This document shows positions 15,829 through 24,579 of a stretch of 40,104 bases of DNA, one piece after another. A model generated the notes under the pieces. It did not search any database and had not been told where the DNA came from. It worked only from the letters and a program-made list of their open reading frames with translations. How positions within the stretch are numbered: position 1 is the first letter of the stretch; every line of letters starts with the position of its first letter. Origin of the DNA: a virus (taxonomy: Duplodnaviria > Caudoviricetes); the IMG/VR virus record IMGVR_UViG_3300024275_000019, positions 1 through 40,104 of that record; one strand, written 5' to 3'. The translations under genes were made by a program, and so were the position numbers.

Positions 15829-16661
15829 ACAGTCATGCTGACCGCAACTCAGTGGAGGCGGCGCGGCGCTGGATCGCTAACCAAGTCGTTAGCCAACTCG
15901 CTGTGTGGCCCAGCCCTGAAAGCGTGGTCATCAGCTCGAACCACGCGGTCTACCAGACTCCCGATGGTCCCATGTTTGGAACAACCCGCGTGCTCAAGGT
16001 GCTGGGACTCTCCACCGAGCCCCTGATTCGCTGGGCGTCTGGAGTCGAGAAGTCTGCTGCGTTGGAAGCCTGCGCAGGACTCTGGGCCAGCGCTTCTGCT
16101 TTCCAGTCCGGTCAGGACTTCGCGAAAGCTGTGGAAGCAGCGATGGGAACCGCCCGCCAGCACCAGAAACAGATGCAGAAGGCGGCCGAGATCGGCACAG
16201 CGGTTCATGCTGCGGTCCATGACTACCTAAGTGGTCGGGACCTACTTGATCTGCAGGCTCCAGCCTATACGGCCTTCAAAGGATTCCTGTCTTGGTGGAA
16301 GGAATCGGGCCTCAAGGCTATTCGTATGGAGCAGCCAGTCTGGGACAAGCAGGATGGCTATGCAGGCACCATCGACCTCGTGGCTGAGCACCCCGAGAAG
16401 GGGCTGGGAGTCATCGATTTTAAGACCTCAAAATCCGTGTACGACGACCACCACCTGCAGGTATCCGCCTATCTCCATGCCAGCAGGAACTTTGCAGATG
16501 TGAAGTGGGCTCAGATCGTCAGACTGCCTAAAACGGCTTCTGACCCTGGATTCGAGGTAAAAGACTTGGGTTCCATGTATGGCAGAGATCTCACTCCTGA
16601 GAGGCTTTTAGAGGCCTTCAGGGGAGCGCTGGCAGCGTACCGCGTGCTGGTGGCGAGATGA
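15825..16661 (+). CDS. PD-(D/E)XK exonuclease (RecB/Cas4-like phage nuclease)
   Basis: IGTAVHAAVH, EQPVW, YAGTIDLV, IDFKTS, LQVSAY. GGAGG precedes GTG 15825. Confidence 0.85.
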   Translation: MNSHADRNSVEAARRWIANQVVSQLAVWPSPESVVISSNHAVYQTPDGPMFGTTRVLKVLGLSTEPLIRWASGVEKSAALEACAGLWASASAFQSGQDFAKAVEAAMGTARQHQKQMQKAAEIGTAVHAAVHDYLSGRDLLDLQAPAYTAFKGFLSWWKESGLKAIRMEQPVWDKQDGYAGTIDLVAEHPEKGLGVIDFKTSKSVYDDHHLQVSAYLHASRNFADVKWAQIVRLPKTASDPGFEVKDLGSMYGRDLTPERLLEAFRGALAAYRVLVAR

Positions 16662-16759
16662 ACCGGTTCAAGTTGTCTTGTGTCCTTGAAATAACGGCAT
16701 GGCTGCTAACATACGCATCGGCTATCTGCTTTTTGCTCTATCTTCGGGCTTACAGGTGA
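16658..16759 (+). CDS. Small hydrophobic protein (33 aa)
   Basis: MNRFKLSCVLEITAWLLTYASAICFLLYLRAYR; coupled on both sides. Confidence 0.45.
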   Translation: MNRFKLSCVLEITAWLLTYASAICFLLYLRAYR

Positions 16760-17037
16760 TCCCGACCCCCGAGCAGGTGAGCGCCGCGCGGGAGTGGCTG
16801 AAACACCGATACGCCGAGGGGATGAGTGCTCGCATGCAGCATGCCGATCTCGCCGCCCTGCTCGCCGCCCGCGAGGCTGCGGCCTACAAGCGCGGGTGGG
16901 AGGCATGCAGGGAGAAGGCGGTGACGGCAGCTGATGCGTGGGGCGGACCGCCTGCTTTGCCCAATAGCGCCCGGATTGCACATGCTTTGGCTACTCTGAT
17001 CCGCGCGCTGGAGCCGCCGAGCGGGGAGGGGGAGTGA
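16756..17037 (+). CDS. Hypothetical helical protein
   Basis: GTGA overlaps. AYKRGWEACREKA...IRALE resembles common phage accessory proteins. Confidence 0.6.
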   Translation: MIPTPEQVSAAREWLKHRYAEGMSARMQHADLAALLAAREAAAYKRGWEACREKAVTAADAWGGPPALPNSARIAHALATLIRALEPPSGEGE

Positions 17038-17279
17038 GCGTTCGCGTTCTATTCGAGTGTGGCGGATGTGGGCTGAAAGTGGACGGAAAAGCGCCATTGC
17101 GTAAACGGTTCGAGTCGTTCTCTGGCCGCGATCATGGATTCGGGAGAGCGGTTTGGGACGTGCGCGTCGAGGACATTGTGCCAGAGGGATGGATAGCCTT
17201 CGATCCCTATACATATGCCTGTTACTGCCCGGCCTGCTGGAGTGAAATCGAAAACACAGCAACGGACAACCCGAGATGA
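17034..17279 (+). CDS. Zn-finger hypothetical protein
   Basis: CGGC...PEGW...CPAC; GGAGG RBS. Confidence 0.7.
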   Translation: MSVRVLFECGGCGLKVDGKAPLRKRFESFSGRDHGFGRAVWDVRVEDIVPEGWIAFDPYTYACYCPACWSEIENTATDNPR

Positions 17280-17362
17280 GAGTCCTAGTCGCCTGCGAGT
17301 TTTCAGGTCGGGTGGGTGGTGTTCGGTGGCGCACTCCACGCAAGCGAGATGGAGCTGTCTAA
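17276..17362 (+). pseudogene. Truncated remnant of a phage C5 DNA cytosine methyltransferase
   Basis: Starts MRVLVACEFSGRV, the N-terminus I recognise from a phage DNA MTase family, then diverges and stops after 28 aa. Confidence 0.55.
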
Positions 17363-17392
17363 GCAGTGCGACACCTACGAGCGGGGGCAGAA

Positions 17393-18178
17393 GTGAGCGG
17401 ACCTGACGACTTGGAGACACGCATTACCCGAGCAGCCGTTAAAGCCGAGCGACTGAGGGCCGAGCGCGACCGCCTCGCCGAGCAGGTGACTGCTGTTGAG
17501 GCAGAAGTCTACGTTGAGCGGCAAATCGCCATCGGGTACGAGAAGGAGCGCGACGCCGCGCTGGCGAGGGTGAAGGATTTGGAGCAGGAACGCATGAACG
17601 ACACGATTCGCGTCGAACGCATCCCCGACCCGAATGCTCTCGCCCACGTCGCGACGCTGCGGGAGGCGCTGGAGAAGTTGTGCGCCAGATACAGCGGGCT
17701 GCTCACCGAGCATTTCCGGCTGTCTGGTAGCAGGGAGGACGAGGTTAAGGACGAGGTGCAGCACTTCCTCTGCACGACGGACAACTCGTGGGGCGAGGCG
17801 CAGAAGGCAATGAGCGCGACCGCAGACGCAGGGAAGTGGCTCAGCGAGCACGACGACGCCGTGCGGGCGGAGGTCGAAGGATGCATGCACGAGCTGCTGC
17901 GCCAATCACACGCAATGGCAGTCAACGACTTCTACCGTGGGTTGCATCAAGGACACGAGAACGCTCGTGTGACCATAGCCAACATTCGGGCGGAGGCTCT
18001 GTCCGGTCCCACGGTTGGGGGAACTTCTACCGGACAACCTCGGCCCGAAGTCCGCTTGTGGTCGTTGGAAGAAGTCGAGCAGGCCGTGGCGGAGGAACGG
18101 GATGCGTGCGCGAAGGCCATGCAGGAACTCACCGACATGCCAGCCGCAGAGTTACATCGGGCGCGGGGGAAGAAGTGA
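17393..18178 (+). CDS. Coiled-coil accessory protein, paralog A
   Basis: Probable GTG 17393. Contains AERDRLAE, RDAALA, ATADAGKWLSEHDDAVR and ends RARGKK. Confidence 0.7.
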   Translation: MSGPDDLETRITRAAVKAERLRAERDRLAEQVTAVEAEVYVERQIAIGYEKERDAALARVKDLEQERMNDTIRVERIPDPNALAHVATLREALEKLCARYSGLLTEHFRLSGSREDEVKDEVQHFLCTTDNSWGEAQKAMSATADAGKWLSEHDDAVRAEVEGCMHELLRQSHAMAVNDFYRGLHQGHENARVTIANIRAEALSGPTVGGTSTGQPRPEVRLWSLEEVEQAVAEERDACAKAMQELTDMPAAELHRARGKK

Positions 18179-18499
18179 GTGACCTTATGAGCGACGACCG
18201 GGATGCCGCCCTGCTGGACAAGTTCGCCGCCCTGCTGGCCGAGCGCGACCGCCTCGCCGAGCGGTGCGAGGCCGCAGAACGCGAGAACCGCGAGCACGAC
18301 CAAGCGATGACGGACGTGAACGCACTACGCGACGCCGCGCTGGCGGAGGTCGCCATGCTGAGGGAGGCGCTGGCCGCCATCTGGCAACGTTCTGGCTCAT
18401 TCAGCAGCGAAGTGCGGGCGTGGCAGAAAACGAGAGATGCCCTCGCCGCGACCGCAGACGCAGGGAAGTGGCTCAGCGAGCACGACGACGCCGTGCGGG
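17815..18499 (+). repeat. 53 bp perfect direct repeat (17815-17867 and 18447-18499), plus shorter shared blocks
   Basis: CGCGACCGCAGACGCAGGGAAGTGGCTCAGCGAGCACGACGACGCCGTGCGGG occurs twice. Also 26 bp at 17458/18237 and ~21 bp at 18156/18608. Confidence 0.9.
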
Positions 18500-18630
18500 T
18501 GGAGGAAAAGCGCCGCTGTATCGGCATCGTGGAATACTCGGTTATGTACCAACAGGACCGCGAAAAGACGGTTGCCCGCATCCAATCAGGGCATGAGCAG
18601 CATACGAATCGGGCGCGGGGGAAGAAGTAA
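18175..18630 (+). CDS. Coiled-coil accessory protein, paralog B
   Basis: GTGA overlap; same four motifs as 17393..18178. Confidence 0.7.
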   Translation: MSDLMSDDRDAALLDKFAALLAERDRLAERCEAAERENREHDQAMTDVNALRDAALAEVAMLREALAAIWQRSGSFSSEVRAWQKTRDALAATADAGKWLSEHDDAVRVEEKRRCIGIVEYSVMYQQDREKTVARIQSGHEQHTNRARGKK

Positions 18631-18642
18631 ACAGGAGGACTC

Positions 18643-19128
18643 ATGCAGCAGGGAACTGATCTACTGACACAGCTTGCAGCCATCCGGGAGAGACAGGGTA
18701 AAGAACCCCTGCCCAACCCCGGCTACATCCAGGGGTTTGGCGAGAACGATCCACCAAGCCCTCCACCTCCACCGCTATACGCACCACCCGCTCCTGACGA
18801 CGACGATCCCAGCCCGCTGATTCCTCCCCAGCAGTACTACGTCAAGAAGAAAGAACCAGAGGCTCCCGCCTTGTCCGAAGAGGTGGTCATCCCGCAGTTC
18901 AAGCTGCTAGTCATGGACTCTGCCGCCCAGTATGCCGGACATGCGGTGGTGCTGGAGGACTGGGAGCGGGACGAGATCGCCAAACTCGTCGTTCAAGCCG
19001 TGAAGCGCGAGCTGGACGCCCAGGCTTCCCAGCTACAGGTCAAGGGCACAGCCTTTACTGGAGCAGAAACCGTCAGTCCCGAGAAGCGCAAGCGCGGAAG
19101 GCCACGCAAGAATGCGCCTGTTGCTTAA
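18643..19128 (+). CDS. Pro-rich protein with a C-terminal AT-hook
   Basis: AGGAGG RBS; PPSPPPPP tract; KRKRGRPRK. Confidence 0.7.
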   Translation: MQQGTDLLTQLAAIRERQGKEPLPNPGYIQGFGENDPPSPPPPPLYAPPAPDDDDPSPLIPPQQYYVKKKEPEAPALSEEVVIPQFKLLVMDSAAQYAGHAVVLEDWERDEIAKLVVQAVKRELDAQASQLQVKGTAFTGAETVSPEKRKRGRPRKNAPVA

Positions 19129-19210
19129 GACTTTGATCCTGTGTAGCCTGCTGGCTATCGGGTTCGCCTGCATGCAGTGGCTGCTCATGGTTCAACCTGC
19201 GGGGAGGTGA
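19112..19210 (+). CDS. Small hydrophobic protein (32 aa)
   Basis: MRLLLKTLILCSLLAIGFACMQWLLMVQPAGR. Confidence 0.35.
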   Translation: MRLLLKTLILCSLLAIGFACMQWLLMVQPAGR

Positions 19211-19379
19211 TCTGCGTGGGCGGAGACGTCGAGTTGATGCTGTTGGATTTGCTCTGGTGGTTGGGGGCGGCAGGTGGGCGGGGATAAATATAACTGCGGG
19301 CCGCCATTCCGTGAGCAGCGTCTGCGGGGACGACTGCGGTCATGGAGGAAGCGGCCTGCTTCAATCCCAAGGAGAACAC

Positions 19380-19802
19380 ATGGGTTGGTATTGTGTTCGA
19401 TGTGGCGGAAATCATCCTCTCGCCATGCACAATGCGATCATGCAGCCCAGTATGGCACCGCTGGAAACACCCTCGCACAATGGACCCTATCAAGGGACTG
19501 TCCCAGTCCGCGAGGTTGCACCTGGAGTCTCTTTTCAGGATGACGAAGGATCTACTGCCGCAGTCAAAGCCGCTATCGGCCGCAACAAGCAGAGCCTGAT
19601 GGCGCAGGAAGTCAAGGCTCTCTGCGTCGTGTGCGAGAAGCCTTTCACAAAGGCCAAGGGATACAACGGCAAGCACCACAAGTACTGCTCTGACAGGTGC
19701 TACCTAAAGGCCTATAGGGCCAAGCAGAAGGCGTTTGAGGCACAGCGTAGACCCCACAGGAAAGTCTACGATAGACCTAAGGGCAAGGTAACCAAGTGGT
19801 GA
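19380..19802 (+). CDS. Zn-finger (treble-clef-like) protein
   Basis: AAGGAG RBS before ATG 19380; CVRC...H, then CVVCEKPF...KYCSDRC and a basic tail. Confidence 0.7.
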   Translation: MGWYCVRCGGNHPLAMHNAIMQPSMAPLETPSHNGPYQGTVPVREVAPGVSFQDDEGSTAAVKAAIGRNKQSLMAQEVKALCVVCEKPFTKAKGYNGKHHKYCSDRCYLKAYRAKQKAFEAQRRPHRKVYDRPKGKVTKW

Positions 19803-20158
19803 AGTCCAAGGCCGCGCTGAAGCGGAAGTACGACAAGATGGCGCGTGAGATTGTCTTTGCGCGAGACCGAATGAGGTGCCGACGCTGTGGAAAACGACCT
19901 CCCGAAATCCAACTCCAGTGGGCTCACATCTACTCGCGGAGATACCTCTGCCTCCGTTGGGATCCGGGCAATGCTCTCGCGCTTTGCGCAGGGTGTCATT
20001 TCTGGATCCACGCCAATCCGATGGATGGGGCCGAGTTCGTTCGCGATACTGTTGGAGCAGACGAAGTCACCAGACTCCGACTCTCGCTAGCAGAAAGCCG
20101 AAAGCCCGACCTAGAGGCTATCGGGCTTCGGCTGACAGAGCTATTGGCTGCTACTTGA
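19799..20158 (+). CDS. NinG/Rap-like HNH-fold recombination endonuclease
   Basis: RD...CRRCG...LQWAHIYSRR...LRWDPGNALALCAGCH. Confidence 0.75.
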   Translation: MKSKAALKRKYDKMAREIVFARDRMRCRRCGKRPPEIQLQWAHIYSRRYLCLRWDPGNALALCAGCHFWIHANPMDGAEFVRDTVGADEVTRLRLSLAESRKPDLEAIGLRLTELLAAT

Positions 20159-20486
20159 TCGACGCTGCGGCCCTTGCGAGCGCAACCTCCTTCACGGATT
20201 GCCAAACGTTCTTGGCGGTGGAGTGGACCCCCGTGGCGAGTAGCGTCTGGCCTAGAGACTGAAGCACGATAGTCCCCAACGTCGGCCAGATCGCACCAAA
20301 GACCCCAGCCCCGGCAACACCCGGCCCTGCCAGCTTGATCAGCACGGCAAGCAGGGCATTAAAGAGCGGGATCAGCCGGTTAGGCCAACTGGCTAGAACC
20401 GACCACTTCTTGACCAGAGCGCCAAAGACCAGCTGGGTGATGAGCAGTACGAAGGGGTTTTGTAGCGCCCCAATCAGTGCGTCCAA
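20151..20486 (-). CDS. Holin
   Basis: 2-3 TM segments, PNRLIP and LATGVHS motifs, AGGGAGG RBS; last gene of the lysis block. Confidence 0.7.
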   Translation of the reverse strand: MDALIGALQNPFVLLITQLVFGALVKKWSVLASWPNRLIPLFNALLAVLIKLAGPGVAGAGVFGAIWPTLGTIVLQSLGQTLLATGVHSTAKNVWQSVKEVALARAAASIK

Positions 20487-20504
20487 GTTATCCTCCCTGG
20501 ATTT

Positions 20505-20945
20505 CTAGGAAAATTTCTCGTGGGACTTGCTATGTGTGCGTATCCTGTGACAGTTGGCGCACACGACCTCGCACTTTTCTATTTCTCGCTTAAGATCTCG
20601 CAAGGGCTTCGTGTACGAGGTCTGGGCGATAGAGAAAGATTTTACTCCGCGAACGTGATCGAAGTCCATGACGTATGGCGGGTACTTATTTCCGCAATCC
20701 GCGCAGGGCACGTCTTTCGCCTTTGCAAGGAATGCGTTTCTCTCTGCCAGGCGCTTTATGCGGTATGAGTGTGAGTAGCCCTTGATGCGATGCTTGTTGC
20801 CTTTGCGCCATTCCGAATTGTACGAGCGGATCGCCTCTCGGTTTTCCGCTCGCCATGCAGCCTTCTCTTTGAGTATCTTGTCCCGATTAGCCAAGTAGTG
20901 CTCACGTTGCCAATCGTTTGACCACTTCTCGGCTATCTGGCCCAT
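20505..20945 (-). CDS. HNH endonuclease (free-standing, homing-type)
   Basis: PCADCG...MDFDHVRG...EIEKCEVVCANCHRIRT, with a basic helical N-terminus. Confidence 0.85.
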   Translation of the reverse strand: MGQIAEKWSNDWQREHYLANRDKILKEKAAWRAENREAIRSYNSEWRKGNKHRIKGYSHSYRIKRLAERNAFLAKAKDVPCADCGNKYPPYVMDFDHVRGVKSFSIAQTSYTKPLRDLKREIEKCEVVCANCHRIRTHSKSHEKFS

Positions 20946-21268
20946 TACTCAGGAAGCGGTTCGCCCACAGTAAAATTGAGAGCCCCCGGTGCCGAGTTGA
21001 TGACCGCGACCGCCAGCGTGTCCGAGAGCACGGTGCTGTCTGCCAGCGTGACGTTAGCCGTGATGATGGCGCTGCCGACCTTGCCGCTGGTCACCGTGAT
21101 GTTGAACGGATCGGGACCCGGCGTGACACCGGCCACCGAGTCATCAGACGAGGCGAAGTTGATCGTCACCCCGGCCGGAACCTCGTTCAGCGGCTGACCG
21201 TCCTGATCCAGAAGCGAGATTCCAGCAGCCACAAACTGCTTGTCCGTGAGCGTGATTGAAGCGGGCAT
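20945..21268 (-). CDS. Stand-alone Ig-like (Big_2-like) domain protein
   Basis: GGAGG then ATG 21268; INFASSDDSVAGV...GKVGSAIITA. Confidence 0.65.
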   Translation of the reverse strand: MPASITLTDKQFVAAGISLLDQDGQPLNEVPAGVTINFASSDDSVAGVTPGPDPFNITVTSGKVGSAIITANVTLADSTVLSDTLAVAVINSAPGALNFTVGEPLPE

Positions 21269-21438
21269 TAAGTTTCCTCCCTTGGCACTTCCGTGTGCCA
21301 CTCGATACTCGTCGGCTCCGGCGCAGGCTGAGTCTCCAGAGCGTTGGCGATGCGTTCCGTCGCGATCCTGATGCCCACGAGTTCGGCCGTGATCTTCCGA
21401 AGCTCGTTCGCTGCTTGCGGCGAAAAGAATACGATCAC
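21268..21438 (-). CDS. Hypothetical protein (56 aa)
   Basis: Not in the track. GGAGG then GTG 21438, MIVFFSPQAANELRKITAELVGIRIATERIANALE..., TAATG overlap. Confidence 0.6.
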   Translation of the reverse strand: MIVFFSPQAANELRKITAELVGIRIATERIANALETQPAPEPTSIEWHTEVPREET

Positions 21439-21450
21439 GCTGCCTCCGGG

Positions 21451-21684
21451 TCAATCCGAGAGCCTTTCTCTCAGGTCTTCAATCTCGCGATCTCGTGCAT
21501 ATCTGTCAAGCTCCCACTCGGTGCGGCGGACGAAAGAACCGTTGCCACCGTTCTCAAGTCCAAGAGCCTTCTTGATCTGCGAGATGTCTTTGCTGTTCTG
21601 CACCTGACCCCAGCGGAGGAATCCTACCGCTCCGCCGATGAGCACTGCGTTGATCGCGAGTTGGCCGATCTCATTGGGGGTCAT
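21451..21684 (-). CDS. Single-TM plus coiled-coil lysis-module protein (holin/antiholin-like)
   Basis: N-terminal hydrophobic helix; directly after the endolysin. Confidence 0.55.
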   Translation of the reverse strand: MTPNEIGQLAINAVLIGGAVGFLRWGQVQNSKDISQIKKALGLENGGNGSFVRRTEWELDRYARDREIEDLRERLSD

Positions 21685-22112
21685 GCTCCCGTCACTCGGT
21701 AAAACCAGACTGCCGGAGACGGAAGAGAGCTGTCTGAGTCCAAGTGGATATACTCGCCACGCATATCCACGCCGATGCGCTTGAAGCCGTTCATCGCAGC
21801 AACGGTGGCGAACCGGATGCAGTCAGTGAGCCCATGCATCTGAATGTCCGCAGCAAGTCCTCTCTGGTGGGCTGAGTCCTTGACTCCGCCGACTGCGATG
21901 TTATGAGCCTGAGTCCTGTAGCCAGAGTTGATCACAAGCGGGCGTCCCCAGAGTCTCCGCAGGTAGTCAAGCCTCTCGATGAAGCCATAGTCCATCATGG
22001 CCTCGCCGGAACCGGGGGCGGTAGGATCATCGAACTCACCAGGCTGGAAGTATTTGATCTTTGCCCACTCTTCGCGAGTCATATGGCCTCTATAGGTGGT
22101 CGCGCGAGGCAT
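21681..22112 (-). CDS. Endolysin, peptidase M15A family
   Basis: INSGYRTQAHNIAVGG..SAHQRGLAADI...YIHLD zinc peptidase motifs. Confidence 0.88.
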   Translation of the reverse strand: MPRATTYRGHMTREEWAKIKYFQPGEFDDPTAPGSGEAMMDYGFIERLDYLRRLWGRPLVINSGYRTQAHNIAVGGVKDSAHQRGLAADIQMHGLTDCIRFATVAAMNGFKRIGVDMRGEYIHLDSDSSLPSPAVWFYRVTGA

Positions 22113-22142
22113 CCTTGCCCCGTGTGCACATCCCTGTGCCGC

Positions 22143-23306
22143 TTACTGAGCTACCAGAGTCCCTGATCTGAGCAGATTCGCTACGATGGGGCCGACGAGT
22201 GGATTGCCTAGCGAGTTGGCGATGAGGGCCAGCCTCGAAGCAGCGCCCGGCGGCAGGCCAAGACCGGCCTTGATCGGCCCAACGCCGAGTCCGACCATAG
22301 AACCCGCTGGTTTAAGCTCCGCCTCTCTGACGGCTCTAGACACTCCGATGGCGGCCTGCTCAGCGTTCCTCGCAGCAGCAACACCCTTCAGACTACGCAC
22401 TGCCCCGGCTGCACCCTTAGCGATCAGCCTGTCTAGGTCGGGGATGGCAGTTTGCGGTATGCCCATGCCTTCGGCGCGGAATGCTGCCGTAGCCTGTCTT
22501 GCGGCTGCCTGCCTGAGTTCGTCGGCCATCATGGGGCTCATGAGCTTGGCGCTTCGCTGGGTTGCGCCCATCACAGACTTTAGAAGCAGCTCGTCCGCTC
22601 GGTCTTGAACCTTCTGGATGAAGTCGGATCTCTCTACCGCAGTCATGGGTCCAGACTTCTTCTCGATTGCCTGGATGGCAGGTGCCGCTACCTGCTCAAT
22701 GTCTATCGCGGCTCCCCGTCTAGTGGCGGCCCTGAGTAGTCCAACCACCTTGCCGGTGGCATCCTTCCTGACCTGCTCCGCAGCCTGAGCGCCGCCCTTG
22801 CCGAACCAGCGGTTGACGCTGGCCCCCTGACGTAAGGCATCCTCAACTACGGTAGGGAAGTTCCTGACTAGCGGCTTGGCCACCCCGAGGGCCTTGGACA
22901 TGAGCGGCTTGGCCACCAGAGAACCAGCCTTCTCCAACCCCTTCATGGCCAGCCCGCCAGTCGCTTCCAGACCGGCCTGAATCGCCCCCTGCTGGGCGAT
23001 CCCTTGTGGGTTGGCCCCGCCCATGGCAAGTCCCGCCAAAGCCGTTCCTACGGGATTTAGCATGGGGGGTCCGGATTCCAGTCCCTGCTGGAGAGCTTCA
23101 CCGGCAGCACCGCCGATCCCAGCTCCAGCCACGGCCCCCGGATAGCCCCCAACCTTGCCTGCCAGCCCACCGATCATCCCACCGGCGGCAGCTCCGATCC
23201 TGGCTCTGGGCTTGCGGCTGTGCTCCTTGACCGGGACTCTGGCACTGGGTGGCTCCCAGTTGTCGTCCTCGACCTTCCTTGCGCTAGGCGGTTCCCAGTC
23301 GGCCAT
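22143..23306 (-). CDS. Putative internal virion/DNA-ejection protein
   Basis: Gly/Ala-rich glycine-zipper segments and helical composition; lies after the tail genes. Confidence 0.6.
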   Translation of the reverse strand: MADWEPPSARKVEDDNWEPPSARVPVKEHSRKPRARIGAAAGGMIGGLAGKVGGYPGAVAGAGIGGAAGEALQQGLESGPPMLNPVGTALAGLAMGGANPQGIAQQGAIQAGLEATGGLAMKGLEKAGSLVAKPLMSKALGVAKPLVRNFPTVVEDALRQGASVNRWFGKGGAQAAEQVRKDATGKVVGLLRAATRRGAAIDIEQVAAPAIQAIEKKSGPMTAVERSDFIQKVQDRADELLLKSVMGATQRSAKLMSPMMADELRQAAARQATAAFRAEGMGIPQTAIPDLDRLIAKGAAGAVRSLKGVAAARNAEQAAIGVSRAVREAELKPAGSMVGLGVGPIKAGLGLPPGAASRLALIANSLGNPLVGPIVANLLRSGTLVAQ

Positions 23307-24577
23307 TACTTGCTCCGCTTCCAGCCGCGCTTAATAGCCTCGGGTAGGTCGGCCGCGTCAATCTCCCGCAACTGTCCCTTGGGACCGATAACCCGAACGC
23401 CGGGACCCTTGGGTTTCTCTGCCTGAGCCCCGCCGGTCTGCGGGGTGATCGTTCCGACCGACGGTTCCTTGCGCCAGTCCTGAGACAGATAAGGATCCTC
23501 GTTCCTGTCCAGCATCGCCAGCACGTTGTTGATCTTCTGCATCGCGGTAGGCAGGTCATCATGGATAGTCGGGATGTCGTTCTTGACCGCCTGAAGGATT
23601 TCGGCCTGATTGACTCTGAGCCCCGATCCCATACCACCAGCGATAGCCGTCAACTGCTTGATGGCCTGAATGCGCCAAGTGTTGAACGCGCTTCGTGTGG
23701 GGTTGGTATGCAGGACGTTGGACAACGTGATGCCGCCGTACTGGCCGATGCGGGACTTCCAGTCGGGAGGCAGGATCTCGGCTGCCTGATTGGCCATCGC
23801 CTGTAGGTTGGTGCGGGCACCCTCCACGTTGTGGAGCTTATCCATCGTCTTCTGGTCGCCCAGCCTGACACCATTCTCCGCCGCCCACCGCTTGGCCTTG
23901 GTCATGTCGGTGGGTGTCATTCCGCTGGCGTCGAGGATCTTGGTTCCGCGCGAGGTGGTAATGATGCTCTGGTTGAGGAAGTCCATGTTGTCGGAACTGG
24001 TGGAGTCTGGCTTGGCGGCGTTCGTCTGCCGGGACTGAGCCCCGCGAGCGGCGATCTGCTCCAGCGAGTTCGCCTGCTTCCTGTCCTCCAGCGCCAGCGC
24101 GTCCTCGTGGTGCTGCTTCTCCAGCAGTTGCGCCAGCGTCTTACTGATCTGCTCCCGCTTGAGCAGAGCGTTCTGCTCAGCCTCAACATCTCCAGCAGCC
24201 TTGGCTGCTGAGGCCTTCTGGGCGAAGGTATCCTGCAGGGCCTGAAGGTTCTCGGCGCGTGCCTTGAGCAGATCGCTTCGCTGTTGCTTGATGGTGTCCT
24301 GAGCATTCTCCCGGTAGGACGGCTCTCTCCCGATCACTGACGCCACGTTGCTGAATAGCTGGGGGATCAGAGCCTGAAGGCCGTTGATGTCAGGAAGCGG
24401 AGCGGAGGCAGCCTGCTGGTACTGCTGTCCTGCCTGCTGGGCCTGCTGAGCGGCCTCTGCTGCATGCTGAGCAAGAGCCTGCTGGAGAGCCTGAGCCATG
24501 GCATCAGATTGGCTCTGGGCATCCATGCCGGAGAGCGTGTTATCAAGGCTGGCCGGGCTGGTCTGGGGGATCGGCAT
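23306..24577 (-). CDS. Putative internal virion/DNA-ejection protein
   Basis: Gln/Ala-rich coiled coil; podovirus synteny. Confidence 0.6.
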   Translation of the reverse strand: MPIPQTSPASLDNTLSGMDAQSQSDAMAQALQQALAQHAAEAAQQAQQAGQQYQQAASAPLPDINGLQALIPQLFSNVASVIGREPSYRENAQDTIKQQRSDLLKARAENLQALQDTFAQKASAAKAAGDVEAEQNALLKREQISKTLAQLLEKQHHEDALALEDRKQANSLEQIAARGAQSRQTNAAKPDSTSSDNMDFLNQSIITTSRGTKILDASGMTPTDMTKAKRWAAENGVRLGDQKTMDKLHNVEGARTNLQAMANQAAEILPPDWKSRIGQYGGITLSNVLHTNPTRSAFNTWRIQAIKQLTAIAGGMGSGLRVNQAEILQAVKNDIPTIHDDLPTAMQKINNVLAMLDRNEDPYLSQDWRKEPSVGTITPQTGGAQAEKPKGPGVRVIGPKGQLREIDAADLPEAIKRGWKRSK

Positions 24578-24579
24578 GG

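Noticed and set aside
15825-16661. True Cas4 / CRISPR adaptation gene
   Set aside because: It lacks the four-Cys Fe-S cluster and any cas context. It is an ordinary phage PD-(D/E)XK nuclease.
17788-18174. N-terminal extensions in the ORF track (also 5486..5911, 15669..15824, 21269..21454, 33391..33582)
   Set aside because: They overlap better-supported genes in another frame. Downstream starts with an SD or a stop/start overlap fit better.
17458-18630. CRISPR array or DGR template/variable repeats
   Set aside because: There are only two copies of each block, they are in-frame coding, they show no adenine-specific mismatches, and no reverse transcriptase or cas operon is present.
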